Position numbers and translations under genes: made by a program
The notes under the pieces: model-generated
The model's input: only the letters and a program-made list of their open reading frames with translations
Databases searched by the model: none
What the model was told of the DNA's origin: nothing
From: Anthoceros angustus
Lineage: Eukaryota > Plantae > Anthocerotophyta
Assembly: GCA_010909165.1 (NCBI GenBank)
Contig: VJWM01000025.1
Coordinates: 62,001 to 126,000 of the forward strand
Length of the DNA stretch: 64,000 nucleotides
Direction of reading: 5' to 3'
Shown: positions 12,851-22,639 of the stretch, piece after piece
Layout: each line of letters starts with the position of its first letter
Numbering within the stretch: the first letter of the stretch is position 1

Positions 12851-13524
12851 TAAGGCAACTGTCCTTACGAAGATATGCTGGTCACTGCCCGCACGTAGCC
12901 CCAATCCTATCGAACCAGCTCACAATAGCAAGAATGCCCCCTTTGTGCAGCCCGTGACGCCTTGAATGAGGCACTCTCCCTTGGCAACTGCAAGGCAAAC
13001 GAAACAGGCTGTGTTGCGATGAACAACAGCAGTGTCTTCAATGCACTATAGCGTCCCAACACGTGTTCACCTGATGGCAAACCCCCACGATGTCACCGTC
13101 AGCTAAGCCCTTACTGCCTGGGCTTCACAACATACAGCAGACTTGAAAACCTCACATAACAAACGCGGATGATGCCGCTGCCTGGCTTCGGAAGCATGGC
13201 AATTTTACCAACCGATGCTTGCGCGCTTCCACCCCCTCCCGTCCTGACCGCTAGCTTGCTATTCCTCCGCAGGATCGGAGAGTATGTCTCGTTACTCGCT
13301 CCAACAGCCCGTCCATCATGCAACTCTCGGACGCTGTAGCTTGAGTCATGACCGACCGCCGTCGGTGCCTCTTTGATTCCACGACCTCTTCGTCACTCTA
13401 TTGTGCTTACCCCTGCACCATCTGACCACACCCAATACTGCCCGAAACCTCACTTCAGATAAAGAACCTGGTCCCTCCGAAATTCTCACACTCTCCTTCA
13501 CACCACCCGCTTGAGTTACCCTTC

Positions 13525-13809
13525 TCACTCCCTACGTTCACGTTTGTTGCCGGACAACGGCGGACTTATGTCGGTAACCCTAATTCGTGGTGGCGGGGCA
13601 CACTCGGACGGCTGGGTGCCGCCCCCATCTCGCGAATTCAACATCTGTGGAAGGCATTGGTGGCAGAACCAATCTCCATCTGGGATCTCTTTAAGCGGCG
13701 GACGCAAACAAAAGATGTGATACCCACCGTTGCATTGGTCACAAAGGAGCATGTTTCGGGATCGTGATGTGGCCACAAAAGCCGCAAGGCGGTCAATTGG
13801 TGGCTTCAC
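13525..13809 (-). CDS. PHD finger, C-terminal to integrase (frameshifted)
   Basis: [33 protein letters not shown] is the canonical C-terminal part of a C4HC3 PHD finger. Confidence 0.92.
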   Translation of the reverse strand: MKPPIDRLAAFVATSRSRNMLLCDQCNGGYHIFCLRPPLKEIPDGDWFCHQCLPQMLNSRDGGGTQPSECAPPPRIRVTDISPPLSGNKRERRE

Positions 13810-14600
13810 GCTTGTGGTTGCGTCCTTGTGTCAATTGGGTAGGTGACAAGGTGCGGATGCATGTGCTCTTTGCATCGGCGACCATCCTGTCCCTCCAACT
13901 CAATTACACCTTGCTCTCCGATACGCACCACGCGTAAGATTAAGCGGCCTGTGCTGACGTCTAAAGTGCCAGAAGGCCGATGCTGTAAATACACGAAATC
14001 ACCCACTTCAAACTTCCTCGCCTTTGGTTTCCACGAACCACCTCTTGTGAACGCATATCTAAGCTGATCCCGATGCTGTGCTATGGCTAGATTGTCCATC
14101 GCCATTGGCATCACTCGTTGAAACAACTTCGTTCTCTGTTGCAACTCTGAAAGACATGCTCCAGGATCTTGTCCCCAGTTTACCGGCTTGGAGTATGTAT
14201 CTGCTACAATGTTTGGCATCACTGCGTTTCGGCCAAACATGATGTAATATGGGCTGAAGTTGCCCAACGCCGCCTGTACGCTTATCCTGTAGCCTAACGC
14301 CACATATGGCAGCAACTCATCCCAACAACTAGGCTCAATTTCGGTGCAGTACTTGCGAAGCGAATCCTTGAAGGTCTGAACCAATCGTTCTGCTAACCCA
14401 TCAGCTTGTGGATGGTCTCGTGACGTCCGCCTGTGATCAATCAAGCTACAGTCGAGCAGCGCTTGAAACTCACCTCTGAATTCATTGCCTTGATCCGTCA
14501 ATACTTTGGCACAACTCCCATATATACTGAGAACACATTGCAGGAATGCTCAGGCAGTGTACTGTGAGCTTCTGACCGGAAGGAAGGCTAACTCCACACC
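13806..14600 (-). CDS. Gypsy-type integrase core and C-terminal domain (N-terminus deleted, one in-frame stop)
   Basis: [94 protein letters not shown]. Confidence 0.93.
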
Positions 14601-14920
14601 GTTTCCATAACCGCGACCGGCTCTGGAAAAAGTCCGACACTCCCATCCTGCGATTAACATGTCCACAGGACACCTGATTGCCTCAAGCTGTCGTTTCCCC
14701 ACCAACATAATGTCTGGGGGCAATCTACTTTGACAACCCTTGATCGCTTCGATGCTTAGCAATTCAGGATACGTCCTCTGCAATCTAACGATTCTTGATC
14801 TGGCCACCGCACGCGTCTTCTCGTCCGACTCAACGCACGTGTATTTTCTCACCCGTAAGGCGCTTTTCAACACGCTTCAGTCGCGTCTGGGAGCCGCTCC
14901 ATGAGGTGAATCCGGACGTC
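14601..14920 (-). CDS. C5-cytosine DNA methyltransferase N-terminal half (motifs I-IV) within the retrotransposon polyprotein
   Basis: Degenerate motif I (IHLME..EAVLKS), motif II-like RVRKYTCVESDEKTRAVARSR, motif III-like LPPDIMLV and catalytic motif IV VDMLIAGWECRTFSRAGRGYG (cf. D.l.gG.pCq.fS.aG...G). Confidence 0.8.
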
Positions 14921-15272
14921 GCTTGCCGCATACCACGCGTCACTTGTTGATCGCGGTCCGACTTACTCGGGGTGGCGATGCTGCGCCGTGACCTCGGGGA
15001 CGCCCATTGGCTATCTGCCATGCCTTGGGCTGTCCTTTCCGAACACGCTCTCTTGCCAATGCCAGAGACAACATAGGAGTTCTCTTGATGTACATGATTC
15101 CCCTACTTGCCGTTCGTCCGGCACTTCCTCCCTCATCAGGTCCTGGGTTTCTTCCCATACCTCGCTTCGATGTACAGTTTCTGCCATAAATGCCGTGAAC
15201 GCCATCATGGCCCCCGACTGTTCATCACGTCGACGCATGTCCAACGGTATTCTTGCCACGTGTGTGAAATCT

Positions 15273-17631
15273 CCTTCTTGCCATCGCGGTCTATAAAACG
15301 CTACTGAGTGCAATGGATCCACCCCCGTCGCCGGACCGTGAGTGGCATCAGCACCGAGCAACACGTCGTAATTTCTGGCATCAGACACCAAGCACCGTGC
15401 CACTTGGATGGTCTTCGTTGCACGGTTTGAGCTCAATTCGCCGGATCGCGGGTTATACCCATCACTGCTCTTTAGTCCTGCGAGGTGGTGATGCGCACGC
15501 ACGCCCACTTACTTCCATACGGTTGGCGCACTGCTGCTCCAAGCAACACCGGATCGCACCTGTGTCGACCAACACGCATTGTGGTGCGAAGCCATCAACG
15601 GTGACTTCCCGATTCTGATTGTTCACCATGGCGATGCCTCCTTTACCTCGCGCTGTTGGTTTCAAATGATCACCTTGTAAACTAACCAGTCCAGGCACCA
15701 CGCCTCCTTCCAGAGACTCCTTTCTCATCCAGGCTTGCATGACTTGCTTGAATGGTTGCGTTCTTACTCCCAGATCTCGCAGGCTCACCATGGGTGCATC
15801 CATTGCCCTTTCAAGCATGACCTCGACACTTGGTGCCTTCTTAGCCTGAGACGACACTCCTTCATCCTCCTCACTCTGCCTGAAGGACTTGGGCATCTTG
15901 ACCTGGTTTCCTTCCTCTGACTTCTTTCTTTGGATAGAATCCCCTAAGCTCGTGCCAGTCGCTGCCCTTGGGGCCATCAATGCGTATACCTCCGTGTCCG
16001 AGTCATATTCTTCGACAGGCGCACTTGGACTCTCTGTCGCGCTCATGCCGATTGCCAGCTGTTCTTGCAGCCTATGCACTTCGCTAAGCAACGCTTTCCG
16101 GGTATAACCCACCGTCGACTTAGCTTTCTCGACGACCCGCTCTCCGACGCTCTAGGTTTAAACTCGGGATGGGCCTGCCAACATGCTGCCTCCGTGTGCC
16201 CTGTCTTGGCACAGGCTCTGCACGCCTCCTTTTCCTTGGCTCCACCCAGTCGATGTCGCACTCGTGGGCTTTGTCGGCCCCTGCCGTAGGCACTTCAGAT
16301 TGCCTTCGTGGTGGGGCTGCTTTATTGACTGCGCTCCTTAGTGGGGGAACTCCTTTGCATAGCGTTTACTGCGTTGGCTCGAGGCGTTTCTTCCTTGGGC
16401 GGTGTGTGTTCGAGGCGGTGATGTGTCCTCACCAAGTTATGTTCTTCCGATTACTGGTCACGGCATCACCTTCTTGCCATCGCGGTCTATAAAAGCGCTC
16501 TTGGTGCAATGGATCCACCCCCGTCGCCGGACCGTGAGTGGCATCAGCACCGAGCAACACGTCGTAATTTCTGGCATCAGACACCAAGCACCGTACTTCG
16601 AAAACAGTGGAGTCTTCGTTGCCTGGTTTGAGCTCAATTCGCACTGGATCGCGGGTTATACCCATCACCTGCTCTTTAGTCCCTGCGGAGGTGGTGATGC
16701 GCCCGGCTTGACTTACTTCCATACTGATTGAAGCGCTGCTGCACTGCTCCAAGCAACACCGGATCACTGTGTCGACCAACACGCATTGTGGTGCGAAGCC
16801 ATCAACGGTGACTTCCCGATTCGATTGTTCACCATGGCGATGCCTCCTTTACCTCGCTGTTGGTTTCAAATGATCACCTTGTAAACTAACGATCCGGGCT
16901 ACGCCTCCTTCGAGACTCCTTTCTCATCCAGGCTTGCATGACTTGCTTGAATGGTTGCGTTCTTACTCCCGGATCTCGCTCACCATGGGTGCATCCATTG
17001 CCCTTTCAAGCATGACCTCGACACTTGGTGCCTTCTTAGCACGAGCACTCCTTCATCCTCCTCACTCTGCACGAAGGACTTGGGCATCTTGACTGGTTTC
17101 CTTCCTCGACTTCTTTCTTGGATAGAATCCCCTAAGCTCGTGCGGTCTGCCCTTGGGGCCATCAATGCGTATACCTCGTGTCAGTCATATTCTTGACAGG
17201 CGCACTTGGACTCTGTCGCTCATGCCGATTGCCGTTCTTGCAGCCTATGCACTTCGCTAAGCAACGCTTTCGGGTATAACCCACTCTTAGCTTTCTCGAC
17301 CCGCTCTCCGGCGCTCTAGGTTTAAACTCGGGATGGGCACGCCAACATCTTGCCTCCGTGTGCCTGTCTTGGCACAGGCTCTGCCTCCTTTTCCTTGGCT
17401 CCACCGTCGATCGCACGTAGGCTTTGTCGCCCCTGCACGCGTAGGCACTTCAGATTGCCTTCGTGGTGGGGCTGCCATGCACGCTCCTTAGTGGGGGAAC
17501 TCCTTTGCATAGCGTTTGCCTGCGTTGGCTCCCGAGGCACGTTTCTTCCTTGGAACCGGTGTGTGTTCGAGGCAGGCTGATGTGTCCTCACCAAGTTATG
17601 TTCTTCCCAGTACACGCTGGTCACAGCATCA
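15273..17631. repeat. ~1.18-kb tandem duplication within gag-protease
   Basis: 15273-16468 is repeated at 16469-17631. The junction lies at a short ATC.CCTT microhomology. Confidence 0.8.
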
Positions 17632-18242
17632 CCTTTCATGACCCTTTCAGCCATCTCGTAGGCCTGCTCTAACTCATAATCAGCACCGTGCATCATGTGA
17701 AGGAAGTTGGCAATCACTCTCCTTTGCACGGAGCGACTATGTATATTTAGGCTTCTTGCATCGTCTTCACTCGTGTGTCCTTCACGATTGCCTTAGCCTC
17801 GGATAGGCGGACTGAGGTTCATTGGGCTTGATGGCGAACTTTTGGCCGGTTCTTGGATCTTTTCTATGGAGGATACCGGAAACATCTCCCCAAACTTGGC
17901 AAACATTTCATCCACTAAATACGTGATTGCATCACCTTGCATGGAGCTCGACGCCTCTTCCTCTTCACTTCCCTTTGACGTCTTCTTAGCCCTTCTTGCC
18001 CTTGCCAAAGTCCATGCATCCTGCAAGATTTGATCCTTGCAGTCCCTGTAGCAAGTTAGCGCTTCTCATGCTAAGAAGGTGCTCATTTTCCTTAATGCCA
18101 TCTCGGGTGTGAACTCATATTTGTATTTGAGCACCATCTCATCGATTGCCCACCTGAACTTCTCTTCAAAGTCGGCAAGTGACATGCTACCATGCCGACC
18201 GGTGAACACATCGTTCTTGCTAGGCGCCGCCTCGTACTCCAT
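15300..18242 (-). CDS. Gag (zinc knuckle) and aspartic protease of the DNMT retrotransposon, frameshifted and partly duplicated
   Basis: ATG at 18242 (MEYEAAPSKNDVFTGRHG..FEEKF), CCHC knuckle CRACAKTGHTEAAC and protease VLVDTGA..NYDVLLG. Confidence 0.85.
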
Positions 18243-18655
18243 TCTTGCTCCGCCACAACTTTCTTCAAATGCGATGGAGCGGATGGGACTTTGACTCCAC
18301 TCGAACCGTCCTCCTAATCATGGGCGGGGTCTTTGGGCGGTGGGACTGCGAGCTTCTTGGATAGGTGTATTTTCGTTTGTCCAGCCAGAGCGCAAGAACA
18401 CCATCACCCTCTCACTCTTGTCCCCTGCGAGAGACTATGTATGGCATTCCATCAAAGTCGGTGTTGGTGCCTCCTTCAGTCCAATCTGCTAGCCAGGCCA
18501 GCTTGTCAATCACTTCGTCCCACAGTCTCTGCCACAGATACGCAGGTTCTAGTTCCGCCAAGGCGGCCAGATGAAGGATGGATCGACCCGCATAGAATAG
18601 CACAGAATAATCTATAGCATTCTCAGCAATTTCCACCATTGACTTATCTTGAGTG

Positions 18656-19163
18656 TGTCACGGTCCTTCCGTCGGCGTTCCGCCTGGGTCATCCGCCGTT
18701 CCTTGATGCGCACAACCGCCAGGCTAAGCTCTGAAAAGGGATTGCTGATATGAAAATGTATTCTTCTCCTATTCTCAACAAAAACCCCTCACTCCCCCTT
18801 TGCCAAAGCTCGCCCACGAAAGAACCCCTTGGGATCCGTATGGCCGCTCAATCGAACAGACATCGAATCGCCTTCCCACGCGGCCTATGCCTTTTATCTC
18901 GCCGCCTTCTTGAATCCGGGCGCCGCGGTCGTGATGCCCAATTGATCGCGCCATCTGGCTCGTTCGGTGATTGGGCAATGATGCCGTGACCCCCATTAAT
19001 TTCGGTCTTCGTCAGATTGTCCTCACACAGCACACATACATCATACACGTCATACATGCATCATACATGTTATGCACGCATGCCGTGCCACACTATGCGC
19101 ATGGGTGCATACATGATCATATCAGTATGACCATCTACAGACGTACCACTCCATGTCATGACA
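18656..19163 (-). repeat. Putative 5' LTR (~510 bp) of the DNMT retrotransposon
   Basis: TGTCA at 18656 and TGACA ending at 19163 form inverted termini. The terminal 27 bp are identical to 11784-11810. An alternative inner boundary is 18640 (CA-A-TGG). Confidence 0.65.
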
Positions 19164-19164
19164 G

Positions 19165-21062
19165 CTGCGAGCTTCCTGGACAGGAGTGCTCTTGTTTGTC
19201 TAGCCAGAATGTTGAAACACCATCATTATTCAATCTCTCCACTGCGAGAAAGTATGTACGACATTCCAACAAAGTTATTGTTGGTTGCTTCCTCAATCCT
19301 GTCTACTAGCCAAGCCAACATACCAATTACTTCAATCCACAGTCTCTGCCACAGGTAGGCGGGAGATGAAAAAGAGGATGCGACCAGCGCAGCACAAACT
19401 GAGGCGCTCACATACTTGATGGATGAGATGTTCATCAAGTTTGAAATGGTCCCAGTGTCTTCTATAGAGAAGATTCAAGAGCTATCAAAGTTCGTAATCA
19501 GACTCAACGAACCTCTCAGATCTGCTTACTTGAGATTGAGGCAACTAGTGAAGGACACCAGAGTCAAGACGATGCGAGAAGCCGCCCAAATCTACATAGG
19601 AGCCTTGTCAGGCAGATAGAGAAGGGTAATCGCCAACTTTCTTCACATGATGCACGGAGTGGACTACGAGCTGGAACAAGCTTACGAGATGGCTGAAAGG
19701 GTTATGAAAGGTGACGCTGTGTCCAATGCGTATTGGGAGGAGCACAACATTGTTAGGAGACATCAACATGCCTCAAGTTCACAGAGACCCCAAGGAAGAG
19801 CTTCGTATCGTGAGCAGACTCAGGTGAACACCTTGCGGAGGAGTTCACCACCAAGGGAGCGAACGGCCAATAGTGCGGTGATTGCCAAAGCAACAGTAAA
19901 ATTCCTGTGGTGTAGGGGGCCACACAAGGCATTTGAGTGCAAGCACCGAATCGGTGGAGCAAAGGAGAAGGAAGTGTGTAGAGCCTGTGGTAAGACAGGG
20001 CACACAGAGGCTGCATGTTGGCAAGCTCATCCTGAGATTCAAGCCCAAAGGGGCTGGAGAGCGGACAGCTAATAAGCGGAAATCGGCTGTGAGCTATACT
20101 TGGAAGGCGTTTCTCACTGAGGTACAGAGGTTGCAAGAACGGCTGGCTATGAGCGTGAGCACAATAGGAAGTCCAAGCGCTCTTGTCGAAGAATATGACT
20201 CGGATCAAGACGTGTATGTGTTGATGATCGTGACGGCAGCTTCTAGTAAGAAGACTAGCATTGATCTGGCAGAAGGTGTTAAAGAGAAGTGGGTTGAGGA
20301 AAGAAATCAGCTCAAAATGCCCAAGTCCTTCAACAGATTTAAGATGGAGAGATGAAATTACATTAAGAGAAGGTGCCACTCAGTGCAGAACTTTTGGTTG
20401 AGAAAGCGATGGACATGCCCATGGTAAGCCTACGTGATCTGGGAATCAGGATACAACCGTTCACACAAGCAATGCAAGCTTGGATCAAGAAGGAATCTGC
20501 AGAGTTTGATGTGGTGCCTGGGCTTATCAATCTACGAGGTGATCACTTGAAGTCAGCAGCACGAGGCAAAGGTGGGATCGCTCTGGTAAAAAACCAGAGT
20601 CGAGAAGTCACAGTCAACGGCTTTGCTCCGGAATGTGTGTTGGTGGACACAGGTGCCGATCCGGTGTTGCTTAGGGCTCGGGTGCAGAAGGCACTTCAGC
20701 TATACGAAGATAAGTTAAAGCCATGCGATGTGCACATCACCACTTCTGCAGGTACCAAGGAATAGGTGATGGGAATGACTCATGAGCCGGTCCGAATAGA
20801 GTTCAAGCCAGGCACCGCAGATGCTTCTCTAATCGAGATTCATTGCTTAATATCAGATGCAAGGAATTACAATGAGTTGCTTGGTGCTGATGCCACACAT
20901 TGTCCAGCGATGTGGGTGGAAGTGAAGAGGTGCCAAAGTAGGCCGCCCACGGATGTCATGTTGGTAAGAAAACGTCTGCTGGAAGCAATGAGGTGTTCCG
21001 TAGGTATGTTGATTGCAGGATGGGAATGCAAAACGTTTTCCAAAGATGGACGTGGTCAAGGT
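19165..21062 (+). mobile_element. Second, diverged fragment of the same DNMT retrotransposon family (gag, protease, DNMT motif IV), with its 5' ~200 bp inverted
   Basis: ORFs 19416-21134 parallel element 1 (DYELEQAYEMAERVMKGDAV, CRACGKTGHTEAAC, VLVDTGADPVLL, MLIAGWECKTFSKDGRGQG). 19165-19360 matches 18345-18545 in the same genomic orientation, so it is inverted relative to the rest of this copy. Confidence 0.85.
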
Positions 21063-21762
21063 GACAACGTGGCCACAAAGGATGTGGTGACATGGAATGC
21101 CCTGATATCTGGGTATGCAAAATGGGCGTCGTAACGGCTGGAACCGTGAGCATCCTCCAGGCTTCCACTTGCGATGAGAATCATACACTAGCTCAAGCAA
21201 TATGTGTTGCATTAACTCATAATAGGAAGTACATGCTTTTATAAAGGCAAGGTTGTTATACCATCAAGTGGTTGTAACAACTAACCAATTAAATAAATAC
21301 TAAAAGGAACTACCTAGTGGCCTAAGGACTAAATAAATTATTAAGTCCTAGGTGCCCTAGTGAAGAGTGCCCTAAAAAGTAAGCTATTTTATCACTCCCA
21401 CTCACTATGAACTAGGGATGATTTTTCTGATCAAGAAAGGGTCAAAGAAAACTAGTCTAGCAAAAATTAGTCCATAATTAAGCTTCACTTAAAAGTATTA
21501 AGCAAAAAATTAAAGTAATTAATCACCATTAAAAAGCTCCCATTTAAAGATAACTCAGGTGAGGAGCAAGTAACCCAACATAAATTAACTAAGTTGGATT
21601 AATGCTAGTTAAATATATTTAAAGGAATTTATAAACATGAAATTTCCAGAAATAGGAAAAAATAACTGAAATAGGAAAATAACCAATATTAAAAAATAAA
21701 GGGGACAATAGGATAGGCCCTCTCTCCTTCCTGCACATGCTATTGACAGGTGCGTGCCGTGG

Positions 21763-22030
21763 TTCTGTGCACATGCGTGCATACTGTTGTGATGCCAGGA
21801 TTTTGACAGCTTGGCCACAAAAGAACGTGGCTCACACATACGCGGGTATGCAGCAAGGCTCGGCCAAGAGGCGCTTGGTGTGATGTGGAAAAATGGAGCA
21901 GGAGGGTCTGATTTGGGTGCACATGTTACTTTAGCTTGCCTTCTGAAGGCCTGTGCAAAAACTGGTGCTGTACAGAAGGGCAGGCAGCTCTGCACACTCA
22001 TGGATTGTGGAAACAGGGCTGCTGGATAGG
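21763..22030 (+). pseudogene. Degenerate PLS-PPR relic (S-P-L motifs) of the local family
   Basis: gccaggattttgacagcttggccacaaa..[34 protein letters not shown]. Confidence 0.75.
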
Positions 22031-22099
22031 AGAAGGGGGCAGGCTTCAGGCTTATTGGTGAGGAGGCAGGCTTCAGGCGGCCATGGATGTGTACACCAA

Positions 22100-22310
22100 T
22101 CCAACAAACACGATACGAGCATCCTCCAGGCTTCCACTTGGCATACATGTTTTTGTTGGCTACAAAACCATCAGCTTGAAGGCCATGCCCTTCGATCTCA
22201 AGATGGAGTTGCTTGCCCTCCTCCAAAGCGGGGGCACCCAAACTTGCAAATGCCTGCAGGAGGCAAGCAAATGTCACAGAATCGGGCAAAGCAACGTTTC
22301 CTGTCACATA
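22100..22310 (-). pseudogene. Inverted PPR relic of a different PLS-PPR subfamily
   Basis: PDSVTFACLLQAFASLGAPALEEGKQLHLEIEGHGLQADGFVAN..MYAK.GSLEDAR, an L-S motif pair divergent from the cluster consensus. Confidence 0.7.
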
Positions 22311-22639
22311 GCAACGTCTTCCAGTCAGCTACGTGACAAGTGTCATTTAAATCCACCTTCCTTTTTGTAGGCAGCCGAGTTTCAGGGTAGGTATGCTGAT
22401 CCGCCTCTCATCGTAACAGATTTTAATTAGAATCAAATGAATCTTTCTGGAATGAAGAAATTATAGACAGGTTTACTTAATACAACGGCAAAGGAAGACA
22501 TTTTCCCTTTCTGTTCTGTCCAAAACTTGGAACTAAAACGTTTGCAGCCAAGCAATGCAAAACCAGTCTGCTGACACAGTACCCAGGGGTCCTGCATAGT
22601 TTTTTTTGTTAGTCATCTTCCGACAGCAGTCCCTGAACG

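Larger units (their letters stand above)
11784..19163 (-). mobile_element. Ty3/gypsy-like LTR retrotransposon carrying a C5 DNA methyltransferase fragment and a PHD finger; RT/RNase H deleted
   Basis: Minus-strand order is LTR, gag (CCHC), protease (LVDTGA), DNMT (IAGWEC), integrase core ([17 protein letters not shown]), PHD and an extra ORF. The LTR end sequence ACAGACGTACCACTCCATGTCATGACA occurs at 11784-11810 and 19137-19163. Confidence 0.85.

Noticed and set aside
12564-18068. CpG-deamination signature from in-frame TGA stops in the DNMT element
   Set aside because: Only three stops were seen. One (18066-18068) may derive from GGA, so there are too few to claim a pattern.
20766-21134. 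Functional DNMT-PPR fusion protein
   Set aside because: Both parts are tiny fragments ending at a stop a few codons later. It is better explained as a repair scar.
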